From Paraspadella gotoi (taxonomy: Eukaryota > Animalia > Chaetognatha): a stretch of 64,000 nt of DNA. The translations under genes were made by a program, and so were the position numbers. The notes under the pieces were generated by a model that searched no databases, was not told where the DNA came from, and was given only the letters and a program-made list of their open reading frames with translations. Location: NCBI GenBank assembly GCA_051294375.1, contig CM119266.1:19975657-20039656 (forward strand). Reading direction: 5' to 3'. The stretch's first letter is position 1; every line of letters begins with the position of its first letter. Of the stretch, positions 13,717-26,550 are shown piece after piece.

Positions 13717-14690
13717 AGTCGGATCTGCTTTCAACAGATCCCGACTCTATAATTTACTTTGTCGGTCCGTCGGTCCGCCCCCTCAATATTGTCAGGCAAT
13801 CACTTACATCATGTCAGAACATCGAATTATGATAAATTATGCAAAAAAAATTATGTCCGTCCATCCATCTGTCTGTCTGTCTGTCTGTCTGTCCGTCCGT
13901 CAGTCCATCCGTCCCTCCTTAGCAAAAAGCTCCAATAACTCGTGATTGGGTGATTGGATTGGAATAAAATTTTGTGTGTGGGTAGGAAAGTGTGTGATGA
14001 AGCTGGATATAAAGTTTCGATGGAATCGTGCGAGTGGAAATGAGTTTAAATGGAAAAAACATAAGTCGCATTTACTAAAATCTTTTTACTTATTTTAACC
14101 AATAATTACTCTAATTAATCATCATTGGATGGATAGATTGAGTTGAAATTTTGTGTGTGGGTAAGAAAGTGTGTGACGAAGCTTGATATAAAGTTTCGGT
14201 GGAAACGTGCGAGTAGAAATGAGTATAAATGAAAAAATATGAGTCACATTTACTTGAATCTTTTTACGTATTTTAACCCATAATTACTCGAATTAATCAT
14301 AATTGAATTAATTGTGTGCGGGTAGGAAAGTGTGTGAAAAAGCTTGATATAAAGTTTTGACGGAATCGTGCCAGTGGAAATGAGTTTAAATGGAAAAAAC
14401 ATAAGTCACATTTACTTGAATCTTTATTATTTATGATTACTAATAAATGTTTTAATTAATTAATTATTTAATGTGAAAAAATGATGCAATCTAAAAAAAT
14501 TATGCAAGTTGAAAAAATGATGCAAATTGAAAAAAATATGCAAATTAAAAAAATGATGTGAGTGGAAAAAATGATGCGAGTTGAAAAAATGATGCGAGTT
14601 ATTTAAAAAAATATTGTGATTTATCATCTGATTAGCTGATTACCGCTTAATTATCGTAGGCAGATCCGACATTGTTTGCTCAAACTTGTT
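13717..14690 (+). mobile_element. HINE/DINE-1-like element, family B, with three internal ~180-bp tandem units
   Basis: Subterminal inverted repeat GTCGGATCTGC (13718) / GCAGATCCGAC (14660), (GTCT/GTCC)n core, T-rich flanks; homologous copy at 34561-35373. Confidence 0.65.
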
Positions 14691-15486
14691 TCACAACATT
14701 TTTCTTAACATTACTTAATTAGAGAGAAATTGAACGGAGGTGAATAAACTGAATATTATCCAAGAGTTCCGTTATAACTTATATGCGATAATTATTAATT
14801 AATTAATTAGTAATTAGTAATAATTACTCTCTGACTTTCTGTCACCTTTTTTTTGCTGTGAGATTGTTAATGGTTTTATTCGTCACTTCATTATAACCAC
14901 GACGAATAAATACGACGTTTATCTTGTCTCTCAAGATGTGTATCCTCTGTATCACAAGATGTCTTCGTCTCATAGGATGTCTATCATATTTTATACTACT
15001 ATTAATAAAATACCGAATGAAACCAAGAGAGACAGTGCGTGAAAATCTACTACTGAAGATGTCCTTCCTTTTCTCGGCTTCTTTTTCTCAACTTCCCAAT
15101 CTCTAAAACCCAAATCACAAAAACTCTGACATCTCCCATCACTGGAGCCTTTCCCATCCCCGAGGCACCCTCGCCACTTCGGGCCTCCCAACACAACAGC
15201 TGTTCATTTTCGTTCCAGGACTCGAGAAATACTTTGTTCGAAATGTCAAAAATAGAAAAAAAAAGAAAGAAAAACTGGAAATGAAAACAAAATTGTCGGA
15301 AGGGAAAAAAATACTTAAGGTAGATCGACTTTAAAAAAAAATGTCAATGCGTAAATAACATGTAAATATTTAAATGAAAAACGCTTAAGACTAAAAAATA
15401 AAACATGAGTGAGAAGTGGCGCTAATAATAACTGATTGAAAGATTGGTGAGTCTTAGATTAGCGAGTCTTGATAAAAGACGGATAA

Positions 15487-15808
15487 GGCTCTCTTTTCCA
15501 AAAGAGTCCCATTTCTGTTTCCTCAATCACGAAATTTAATTTTAATGTTAATATTTAATCTTAATCTATTATCTCATTAATAACCAAATCCTTAATCTTA
15601 TTCCTTAACCATAACGTAATTCTTAACCCAAACCCTTATCTCTATCCCTAACCACTAACCCTTAACCCTTGCCCTTAACAATAATCCTCAACCTAAATCA
15701 CTCGCCTAATCCCAAACCATAACCTTTTACTCAATCTAAAAACATAAAAATTAATTTATATAATTCTGAATTTAGGATGAATTAGGGCGTTTTGGGAAAA
15801 ATAAGGCC
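15487..15808 (+). mobile_element. Telomere-repeat MITE, full-length copy B
   Basis: Same TIRs as copy A; flanks TAA / CAA (near-TAA target duplication); internal TAACCC-like array. Confidence 0.7.
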
Positions 15809-15878
15809 CAAGTTTTTATTAATCTATAGCCAATTAAATCGAGTCTAAAGCGTTAAAATTAATGAGAGAGAGAGAGCA

Positions 15879-15965
<87 letters not shown>

Positions 15966-16022
15966 CGTCACGGCGGTCTCCACCTCCAATCCAGGTGTTC
16001 CATCCTTTTTAAACCCATTTTC

Positions 16023-16087
<65 letters not shown>

Positions 16088-16879
16088 CTAAGATTCTTCT
16101 CATCCTCCTCCTTATTCCTCTTCCTCATCGTCTTCCTCCTCTTCCTAGTTTACTCCCCTCCGAAACGAGCCCGCCCTTCCTCTTCCTCTCATTTCCCCTC
16201 TTCCTCGTCCCCCTTTTCCAAAAGTTGGTCATCAAGAAATCAACACAAAAACTTTTACTTTTTTTTTATCTTCGGGAAAATTGACTTTTGCCGATTTGCC
16301 GCCCGCCGCAGCTAAGCGCAGCTCCGACCTCCGCTGCCGCTTTTACCATCGCCAACGCCGGCGACGACGAGCGCGACTATAAAAACCCCAGCGAGACTTT
16401 GTTCGACAACAAAAAAGAGCCGAGCTATCGCCAAGGACTAACCTACTCTGTTCCATCGATTCCTCTCTAAAAAATAAACTTGTCTTCGATCACGTCTCAA
16501 ACGAAAACAAATCAAAGTTCAACCAAATTTTTTTAATTCCCCATCAACGATTTTTAAAAAAAAAAAAATTTTTCTCTCTCTATCTCTCTCTCTATCTCTC
16601 GATCCATGATGGAAAGGATTTCGTTCCTGGTCACACGTGTCCCTGTACTTGCGACCTCAACTCACGGAACGAACGAGTCTTTTGTCCTCTGATCCCCCTT
16701 CTCTTTCACTCTGCCCTTATCTCCTCACAAGATATTCCACTCGCTCTCTCTCTCCGTTTACTGGGAAACAATAGAAAACAATCAAACGCGGACGGTCAAA
16801 AAAAAAAAATATTGAATTCGTGTCGACTGTGAATGATTCAATCGCAAACTTCTCTTCCTTCACCAGCTGCCCATTTCGA

Positions 16880-16960
<81 letters not shown>

Positions 16961-17080
16961 AAAAATTGGCCAGATGACTCTCGTCTCCCGCCACGATCTT
17001 TACGCGGTTGACTTTGTCGTCATTCGTCATTCCTTTTACGAAAAAATACGAAGCATAAACTCTTACCCTTTCCATCCAAA

Positions 17081-19459
17081 ATGACATCCAAGTCAGAATG
17101 CGCGTGGTGCGCCGCCCCTTGCGACGTCATCTGCCCCTTGCACGACGCGCGCGTCGAAATAGCGTCGCGCGTCACGTGCGTCGCCGCCTCCGCTGCGGCT
17201 CGAATCGCCGCTTCCCGAAACGCTTCGTCGAATCGGCATCAATGCCAACTCCAACAACAGCAAAAGCAACAAACTTTCTTCATCGATTCTCTTCTACCAC
17301 GCAATTGCCATAAACTTTCCACTGAAAAGACGAANNNNNNNNNNACATCGTGCTCGATAAACTCTGCCTCGTCGCCGACGCGCTGCCGAATTCGAGACGC
17401 CCACTTGAGGCTCGGACGCGCTTCCGGTTTCGTTCTCTCGTCTCGTCACACGGCGTCGCCCTTCCTCTCCAACTCCATCTCTCGATTCGCGCTTAAACTT
17501 TGTCTTTTCTCTTTGATTTTATCTGGACTCGTTTCGTGCAAACCCTCTCGGCCGGCGTCCAACGTTGCGTCGACTCAACCCGAAGAGAAGGCGATCGTTG
17601 AGAGTTCGCTCAGCCGGACGACGAACGAGAAAGTTGTTTACGCCAAATGGGAAGAGGAGAACGGCGTCGTTTTCCAGGAGGAAGAGATCGATACTCGATC
17701 CGCGCCGCCAAAAATCACGCAGCGACGACGAACGGAGTTGCGGCAGGCGCGGCCGATGGCGCTGCAGCAGCCGCGGCCGATGGCGCTGCAGCAGCCGCGG
17801 AAGCAGGCGGCGAAAATAAACGTCGAACGTCCCAGAAAGAATTCGCGGGTACAACGACAGCAACTACAACGCGAACCACAACGGGCGATTGAAAAACAAC
17901 AGCAGCCGCGTCCACGCGCCCCGCCTCCTCCCAGGCGTCGACCAGGCGGCCAAGCGCCTTCCGTCGCCAAATACTCGTCGAATCCGTCGACGAGCCACTC
18001 GGCCTTTGAGCTCCCCGAAGATTTCGATTACGATGACTTCGACGGCTTCAACGACACTGCCGCCCTCGAGCGCCTTCTCCACGTCTTCGGTCTGGGTGAG
18101 GGTGTGTCAGCAGAGGACGCTCGCCATCGCGCCTCACGTCTCCGACACAAGACGCCGCCTCAGTACATGATGGAACTCTACGAAGCCGTGTCCGACGGCA
18201 AGACGGGAGTCACGACCGGCAAAAACCCGTACGACGCCGACGTTGTACGGGGATTCCCGGACAAGGAGCGAAAGTTTCAGCAAACGAGCTATCAGTTCAA
18301 GGTGGACCACAAGAGCGTTCCTTGGGACGAAGAGATCATAGCAGCCGAGTTCCACGTCTTTAAGATGAAACCGCGACCCAAGGAACATCGAGATTGGATG
18401 ATCCATCACCAGGGATCGCCGCGACGCCGACGCTGGCACATCGTCGAGATCCAGCTCTTCCAAGTGATCGATCCTTCGGACCGGTCAAATCCGGAGAAGC
18501 AGCGGCTCATCCACACTCGCCGAATCAGCAGCCACACCATCGGCTGGGAGGTATTTAACGTTACCGTGCCAATCCGCCACTGGATGAACGACACGATGAC
18601 CAATCACGGATTCCTGCTGCTGGGCCGGACGCTGCAGGGTACATATATCAACGGGTCCCACTTTCGCATCGCGCAACGAGCAGAGCATCACGACAGCAAG
18701 CAGCCTATCCTCGTCTTGTTCACCAAAGAGAGGCAAAAGATGTATCATTACGTGTCACCGTTCGGAGCCCCGGAAGACGCCTCCAAGATGGTGCCAGACT
18801 ATACGAGGTACATCTACAAAGCCCAGGGAACCAACCGAAACGCTCACTTTCTCAACGAGGGCGTCGACACCTCCGAGATGCCGGGATCTCCCGTCGCCGA
18901 CGCTAATGAACCCCAAATCGATGAAAATCGAGTGGTGATGGAAAATGACGCCGCCGTCACGCAAGCGCCGACGCCCGAACGGATTGACGACGAAATTCAA
19001 AACTCACCCGAAGCGGAAGACGACGCCTTCGACTCCTGGGACTTTCTTTCGGCCGAAGAGAGCGACGCCAGCGCCCTCTCGGCGACGACGCATCGTCGCG
19101 TCCGCAGGGAAACTCGTTACAAATTCCCCAAGCACCGGAAGCCGACCTGCGCCCGACACGAACTCTACGTGGATTTCGAGGAGATCGGCTGGTCGGGCTG
19201 GATCATTTCTCCCAAAGGCTACAACGCGTATCACTGCAAAGGCGCATGCCCTTTTCCCTTGGGACAGAACCAAAAGCCGACCAACCACGCGACGGTGCAA
19301 AGCATCGTCAATGCTCTGCGACTCGGCAAAGGCGTGGAGACGCCGTGTTGCGTGCCTAACAAACTTTACTCAATCTCACTGCTCTATTTCGACGACGACG
19401 AGAACGTAGTGTTAAAACAGTATGACGATATGGTGGCCGCCAGTTGCGGTTGCCACTGA
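17081..19459 (+). CDS. ADMP: Anti-dorsalizing morphogenetic protein (TGF-beta/BMP family); no intron downstream of the N gap; true start uncertain (gap at 17335-17344)
   Basis: Mature domain CARHELYVDFEEIGWSGWIISPKGYNAYHCKGACPFPLGQNQKPTNHATVQSIVNAL...CCVPNKLYSISLLYFDDDENVVLKQYDDMVAASCGCH closely matches ADMP as recalled (EEIGWSGWIISP, PFPLGQN, LLYFDDDENVVLKQY). Prodomain PPQYMMELY, furin site RRVRR (~19094-19108), signal-like FALKLCLFSLILSGLVSC. Confidence 0.93.
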   Translation: MTSKSECAWCAAPCDVICPLHDARVEIASRVTCVAASAAARIAASRNASSNRHQCQLQQQQKQQTFFIDSLLPRNCHKLSTEKTXXXXTSCSINSASSPTRCRIRDAHLRLGRASGFVLSSRHTASPFLSNSISRFALKLCLFSLILSGLVSCKPSRPASNVASTQPEEKAIVESSLSRTTNEKVVYAKWEEENGVVFQEEEIDTRSAPPKITQRRRTELRQARPMALQQPRPMALQQPRKQAAKINVERPRKNSRVQRQQLQREPQRAIEKQQQPRPRAPPPPRRRPGGQAPSVAKYSSNPSTSHSAFELPEDFDYDDFDGFNDTAALERLLHVFGLGEGVSAEDARHRASRLRHKTPPQYMMELYEAVSDGKTGVTTGKNPYDADVVRGFPDKERKFQQTSYQFKVDHKSVPWDEEIIAAEFHVFKMKPRPKEHRDWMIHHQGSPRRRRWHIVEIQLFQVIDPSDRSNPEKQRLIHTRRISSHTIGWEVFNVTVPIRHWMNDTMTNHGFLLLGRTLQGTYINGSHFRIAQRAEHHDSKQPILVLFTKERQKMYHYVSPFGAPEDASKMVPDYTRYIYKAQGTNRNAHFLNEGVDTSEMPGSPVADANEPQIDENRVVMENDAAVTQAPTPERIDDEIQNSPEAEDDAFDSWDFLSAEESDASALSATTHRRVRRETRYKFPKHRKPTCARHELYVDFEEIGWSGWIISPKGYNAYHCKGACPFPLGQNQKPTNHATVQSIVNALRLGKGVETPCCVPNKLYSISLLYFDDDENVVLKQYDDMVAASCGCH

Positions 19460-20330
19460 CGACGGCCCAACCCTTCCCCCTCATCTTAGCCCCTTACTCC
19501 TCTCTCTTTGCCTCTTCCCCCCTCTCTCTTAGCCCCAACCCTACTCCAGTTTTCAATATTTTCCCCAATTTATTCCCCCTTTGCCTCGAGTCCTGTCTTT
19601 TTTTTTCCTGTTTTCCCTCCAGTCATGAAGTGAATACCTGAAAACGTAAACGTAGACAGTTATTAATGTAATTGTATAGCTAACGTCGTTTGCCATTCTT
19701 CATTTTTCTCGCGCGCGCGCGTCTTATCGTTTTATATTATTTCATCGATAAAAAATACGCTGTTCATGAATTCAATGTCTTAAATATTTATGATAACTAT
19801 TATATACTCTCTCAAGCAAAATGTGAATTACTTGTAAATATTTTGCCCGTTTTAATGTGTATATAACTTTGTTTTCGACGGTTTGAAAATAAATGCAAAA
19901 ATATTGAAGCTCCAAAGAAGGTTTTTGAATTTTGAAAGGAAAAGTTTCTGAAAAAAAAAGTAGTCATTTTTTAAACTGAAATAGTGAATTCGGACGAAGG
20001 AAAAATGGAAAATATCTGACAGTTGCCAGTTACTAGAAGTCAAGTGTTGAAGAAAGCTCCGCAAAAAAATGAAACAAAATTCGTCTCGTTAAAAATATCG
20101 AATTTCACACATTTACTAATCGAAAAAAACGAAAAGAGCGCTGCAGGGACGGAGAAAAATGCAGCAGACAGCAGCCTTTATGGTTCAATGAACATACTTT
20201 TTGTTTGTGTTTTGAAAATCGCGGGAAAGAGTCTGAATTAACGGTTACCATAGTGTAAATTGTAACGAAAGATTGTGATATATTGGGGAAAATTCAAAGT
20301 GGAAAAAATGGTGATAAAATTAGAGAAAAG

Positions 20331-20490
20331 TTCCAGGTGTCGTTGGATGCGTCTTCGCTCTCTTGTTTTGTTATTTTTTGTTTTGTTTTCTCTTGCCAGG
20401 TGTCGTTGGATGCATCTTCTCTCTCTTGTTTTGTTATGTTTTTTCTTGCCAGGTGGCGTTGGATGCATCTTCACTCTCTTGTTTTGTTTT
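20331..20490. repeat. Three tandem ~55-63-bp units, each with CCAGGTG(T/G)CGTTGGATGC
   Basis: Units start at 20333, 20396 and 20449, about 0.9 kb downstream of the ADMP stop. Confidence 0.8.
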
Positions 20491-21549
20491 TCACGTGGGA
20501 CCCTGGCCGCCTTTTTCTCAATCAATTGGGAAATTCTTGTTGTCTAACGAAAATCCCTCTCCTTTTCTTTCTCTCTCTTTTTTTTTTTCTCTTTTCTCTC
20601 TTTTCACTTTTGTTCACCCCCTCCCCTTTTTTCTCTCCCTGTAGACAGATTTCTTTCTATCCTTTTCATGATTTTTCTTTAGTTCCTTTAGTCAGAAAAT
20701 TCGCAAGTTTTTTTCGGGGGGGAGGCGGGGGGGGGAGTGGGGCGAAGGAAGCGTGGAGGTGGATTTTTTGAGATTGATGGATAAGTAACAGAGCTGGGAG
20801 AATAAACTGCCTGGTGACGGTTATCCGGACGCAAATTAATCAATTGAAAGGAGAGAAATATTAGAAATATTAATTGTTATTAACTGATAATCGATCACAC
20901 TATTGAATATTACCGAAATTAAATCTAAAACGGTTAAAGTACTTTACATGATTTGGAGAATAAACAGATTTGAGTATTCGGAAAGCTATAATAAAAAAAG
21001 AATAAAATGTTTTTATAATATTCTATATATTACTATCAGTTTTTTATATATAATTTATATAAAAAATTAATATAAACATTTTTATTCAAAACATTTTTTT
21101 GTTGGTATTTATCCATTTTCATATTGGCCCATACATAGCACATATATGTGTCTAAATTTCAAAATCGTTATTTGTTAATTTTGAAAGCAGAATTGAATTC
21201 CTTGTAAAAAGATAAAATAATATTTTAAAAATAATAATATAAAGAATTAATATAAATAAAAGTAACTATTTTTCTTAAAACTTGATCAAATTTTGATACA
21301 TTACAATTTTAGAATGAAAAACATTAATTAAGAATTGTTTTCTAAATTTTTTTTCTTTTATGAACTTTTTATAAGGAATTTATTTCTGGTTTCAAAATTA
21401 TGAAAAAACCTTTATGACCTAATGCTATTTTATAAGGTAAGTATTAAGTATAAATAAAGCCCAAATCGAATTTTGATATTATTTCACTATGCCTTACCAT
21501 TCAAGCTTTAACCACGCTCAAAACCATTTCATTTTTTTTTTAAATTTAA

Positions 21550-21876
21550 ACAAGAACGGTGATTCCATTGTGTTGCGTCGCAATGACTTTATTTTCAAGT
21601 GATATAACATTACATGACATGAATAAAAAACTTTCTTCGCTCTTGTATTTATGACATGCACTGCATCGAAATTCAATCTTTTATTCCTTATAGTTTTTGA
21701 ATTTCCTGAAGGCAATGCAAGGTTTTTGACGTTTTTTACTGTCTTAACAAATTTGTAAGTTATAAGCATTTTTAACGTAAGTGGGACAGACCGACGGACA
21801 GACATACCGACCGAGAGACCGACAGACCGACCAAAAAGCGACTTATAGTTTCTCCGCGAGTACTCGCGGCGCAACT
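21550..21876 (-). mobile_element. HINE-like family A copy
   Basis: Reverse copy with CCGCGAGTACTCGCGGCGCAACT terminus, GACAGACCGAC core and CAAGAACGG end. Confidence 0.65.
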
Positions 21877-22962
21877 AAAAAGTCAACTTCAAAGAAACAT
21901 GATTAAAATCTGAAGGCATTGGTAAAAATTTGATCAAAATCTGTTCGTCCGTCAGTTCTAGAGCAGTAACTTAATAACTAAATAAATACTTCAAAGCAAA
22001 GACGAAAGATCGAGACTTCAAAAGGACCTTTGAGGGAGATTAGACAACAAAAATATTACAATCGAGTGAAAAATCAATAGACAACTATTTATTTCCAATA
22101 ATGATATACATCTTTTTTCGCATGCTAAAAACAACGTTAAATGATCATTGGTCATGGTCATTTATACGAAAAATATCTTTGATGTCAAATTTAAAAAAAA
22201 GATAAGCACTTCTAAAGTCGCAGTTCCACGAAAGCAAATTTATCTCATAGCCGCCAAAACCATGAACATGAACATGAACATATGACTGCTTATCGATACA
22301 AATTAACAATCTTATTTTTGCTCACTTTAATATAGATATTTAGTCCTCAATGCACTGATTGTGATCAAATTAACATACGTCCATTTCCCTTTCGAACAAC
22401 GAAAGAGCTTCATTTTATAAGATTTTTTTTTGTAGGAGTAAATAAATGTTACTTATTGCGAGACCAATTTTAAATAGAACGATCGAGTCTCGTTTCTTTT
22501 GATGAAATTGGTAACGTTAACGTGACAGTTGAGGCTGTAATTCCCATTATTATAACATTTTTCAAACGATTCCATTTTAGAAAAGCGACTTGGTCTCCCG
22601 ATCAATTCCACAATTCGCTTTCCACCGAAAAGCTCCTACTGCATCTTCGGCTTCGGCAAAGACGACTTCTCTTCGACTTCCGCGTCCAACGGTCTTCGGC
22701 TTCTTCGGCCTACCGCCTGCCGCGCCAATACCGCCTCTTCTTAATTCATTCTGTCTGGGAAAACAAGTTGAAATAACAGTCGTTGCGAAGGCGTTTGACC
22801 TCCAGCCCAAAAGCCACGATGTCCGGGATGCATCGCTCCATCACTGAGATTGGGTTGTTGAGACGGTAAAAGATATAACTCGTCATACATTTTTAAATCC
22901 AGATTTAAACGCAGTGAGTAAGAGAGAGAGAGATTCTGAGAGAGAGACTGAGAGAGAGAGGT

Positions 22963-23027
<65 letters not shown>

Positions 23028-23175
23028 AGGAAGAGAGAGATAGAGAGAGAGAATATACACATTGGGCTCGACACCAAACAAAAGAAAGACAAAGTCCAAT
23101 CAGATCATTTACCGGCGTTTTTCTCCTCTTTCCCCCCGAATTCCCACCTGGGTAGTGACGAGAAGAGAGAGAGAG

Positions 23176-23208
<33 letters not shown>

Positions 23209-26200
23209 AAAAAACGAGACGCAGACTAAGTGCGAGGGAGACTGGAACAATGCGAGGCAAATTAGTTTTGTTCGTTGGCGTTGTTGTGTTCCTCGTTGTC
23301 CCAAGAGGTCAGCAGCATCTGGCGACAGAAGAACAGGAGATGGCCAGAGTCTTCGTTGTTCTGGTCGTCTTTGACTTCGTCACACCTGCCGAGAGACCGA
23401 GAGGGGCATCTATCAGGTGGCTCTGTCGCCGACTCCATCTCTCTCTCTCTCTCTCGCTCTCGCTCTCTCGTGCTCCTCTCTCTCGCTCTCTCTCTTCCCT
23501 TTCTCTCTTTTCCGAGCTCGAATCCAAGTTGATCGTTGGATAGCAAACTCGCTACCTGATTTAAAAGGGATTAAAGCGCTGGAGAGATTACAACTCTTAA
23601 ATCTTTTGGCAGGAAGAAGCGCCGCCTTAGTTTTTAGAAAGGATGGGGCGAGCGCTTCGGGTTTTACGTAATTAAAGTAAAGAAGTAAAAAAAAAACGAA
23701 TTTGGGGGGAAAAAATTCCGAAGAAATTATGCATTTATATATATAAACTTCTTTACACGCAAAAAAAAAAAGTGGTGAACTCGTGTACAAAGTAGGCCAC
23801 GAACTTGATGTCAAAGCGCACGATAGTATCGCCAAACGAGAAAATAAGTTCGATTTAATGAAATGGTTAAAAGAGTAAAAAAGGTAATTTGAGACGCCTC
23901 AACCTCCCGACGAAAAGAAACCAGTGCATTTTTTTTTCTTTGCTTCTCCTGTTTATTCTTTTGTCTACAATCCAACAAAAAAAAAAAAGTTTTCTTTCAT
24001 TCTCGCTCCCTCCTTCTCTTATCCCTTAACTCTCTCTCTCTCTGAAATTGGAGCTGGCCACAAAAGCCTTTGTCCGTCAGCATTATGGAATGCGGACCGG
24101 ACGCCACCAGGACCGAGGCGAGAGCGCAGGGGTAAGGCACGATATCTCGGGACGGAAGTGGGGATTGTCAACGATTAGGAGACCGTGATTCGCTTATTCC
24201 ACTTTTTCTTTCTTTTCAAACATTAAAGGCGGATGCAATTGATGGGAATTAATTTGAGATTAGAGCAAATCAGTGATTATAACTGAAATAAAACGTTTTT
24301 TTTTTTTTTTAAATATAGCACATTAGTATGATAGTCTTGACTCATGACTGGTTAAGAAAAAATAGGTGAGTTGGTGTGATATTCTTGGCATAGTTTGGTC
24401 CTTTTTTTTTTGTTTTTTAGTTCGAAAACTGTAACACGGCTGTCAGCGGATGGCGCATTCAAGGAGTCTCCTGTCCTAAATGTAACTGCGATGAGTTTTT
24501 GAATTATTAACTTTTTATCCCCAATTAATAGTAGAAATTAAATTATGAAAGGGCAGATTCCATCCAAATATTGAATGTCTAAAGACAAAAAAATTAAGAC
24601 TTCATACTCATAAGGTCAGACGGATTTGACCAAGAAAAAATTAAGAGAGGCTTAATATCTTTCGCCATGACTAATATACGTAATAAAATGTATGAATTAA
24701 TTAATATGTTTTCTTTTTTTTTTGCCTCACTTTTAAGAAGACCTTTTCTATATAGCTGGACTCCATTCGCTTTGACAATTACACTATTGCCATTCGCCCC
24801 CTCCAACTAAATCCTCTAAATCGTTTGGATTCGAATCTCGTCAAAATTCAATCTAAAATCTCTCCCTCTCTCTCTCTCTTTCTCTCTCTCTCTCCAAGCA
24901 GGTTGTAATCCTCTTTCGAATAGTTGTTCTTTCGTTGTTGGACAAACAGGGAATTTCATAATCCAAAATCCACACAACCGCCACGGTTTCCTATTCGTTG
25001 AACAAACAGAACAAATTTAAATAAAACTCTTGTAAACAAAAAGTGCCAGCAATCCAAATTTTCGAATTTTGCAATTGAAAATACAACTTAATCAACATTT
25101 TGTTTATGCTCCCCCCCCCAAAAAAAAAAGTTTGGGCCAAAATTTAAGAAACAACTAGAATATGAGAAAATTATTAGTGTCACATGTCCCGCGTCGTCGT
25201 GCTCGTTTCCCAGCAAGAGAAGTTCAAAAAGACAAGGCATGAGCCTCTCATTGGCTGACCGAATCGGCGATGTTAGAAGGTAAGATTCTTAAACCCAGGT
25301 GGTGTTTTTGCAGGCCCGAGTCAAGGATACATTTGGGTCTCTATCTCTATTTGTGTTAAGAATTGGATAACAAATGACCTGATTATTAGTTAGAGAGAGT
25401 GTTAGAAAACGACTAATATATAAAAGAGTTAACTGCCGAATAACGACTACACAACAACAACAAAAAATAATTAAAAAAAACTATAAAACAAAATAAATAG
25501 TTAAAAATAAAAGAATAAAAAGAAAACAAACCATACCAAAAAAAATTAATAAAACGTATAAAATAACCGGCGTTCGATGCCCCCCCCCCTTCCAGCCTTG
25601 TAATGCCCAAAATGAAAAAAATATCTTCATTTTCATGAGTATTTAAAGAGGTAAGGGTCATTAAAAATCCAGGTGTGAACAAGTTGCAGCGATGACTGCG
25701 TCAACCTTCGAAATCTTTTAAAATCTTGAAATTTTTTTATAATCGTTTTCTTCGTCTATCACTCTCGCGCTCTCTCTCGATATCGCTCTCTCACCTCTCT
25801 CAATCTCGCACGACACCCAGGCTGTGACAATCTCCGATCACAGCTGCGTCCTTTGCTTTTTTTTTTCGTGTTGTTGAGTTACTCGTGATTTATATATCGC
25901 TTTCTTTTATTTATTTTTTTTCCCCGCTTGGGTCAATCGCATTATTATCAACTCGATGACCAAGTGTAATGTATAGTTGGAAGTGTGGTGTGTTAGGTGT
26001 GGTCGAGGGGATTGCGAGATTCACAGTGTATCTTGTTAGGGAATCCCTTTATCATCGAATGAACCTTTTTTATCTGTTCAGCTGGTCGGTTTTAGAGTGG
26101 GGCTCGAACGCGGCAATACCGAATCCAATATCTCTCTCTTTAACGGCCCACCTAATTTCTTACTCGTTTTGTCACAAAATAGCTAAGCCGAGTAGATGAA

Positions 26201-26289
26201 CCATCTATATAAAATGAGTATACGGTACAAGGTCTAACCCATCGAGATGAAGCGAGAGAATAGTAGCTTCAAGTAGCTTCAAGACGAGA

Positions 26290-26550
26290 AACACCTTTCG
26301 ATTTACGACGAAAGGCGATCACGATGACAGTGGGAAAGGAAAATGCGGCAGCCTCTCCCAGCACAACCCTGTCAACGCTTTGACGAAGATTTTCAAATCA
26401 GATTGGCATTCGTTCGCTGCATCCGGGTGTCGAGACACGCGCAGTGACAGCGACTTAAGCCGATGTGGAGAATCGGTTTGCAGACGTCGAGGTCATGAGC
26501 ATAGAATAACTAGAATAGAATAAATGAAATAGAATGACATAGAATAACCA
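26290..26550 (+). mobile_element. Probable degraded 3' end of an RTE-like LINE
   Basis: Broken reading resembling the C-terminal CxxC...KIFKS.RIG..SH knuckle, followed by an (ATAGA)n-like tail. Confidence 0.35.

Noticed and set aside
17519-19409. Overlapping alternative-frame and antisense ORFs within ADMP
   Set aside because: Expected by-products of GC-rich coding sequence.
20331-20490. Repeat-spacer-like pattern (CRISPR?)
   Set aside because: Eukaryotic context, intervening sequences are themselves similar and T-rich, no cas genes; a simple tandem repeat.
25970-26160. B-box-like GTTCGAGCCC on the minus strand (possible tRNA)
   Set aside because: No cloverleaf could be formed; at most a decayed tRNA-derived SINE.
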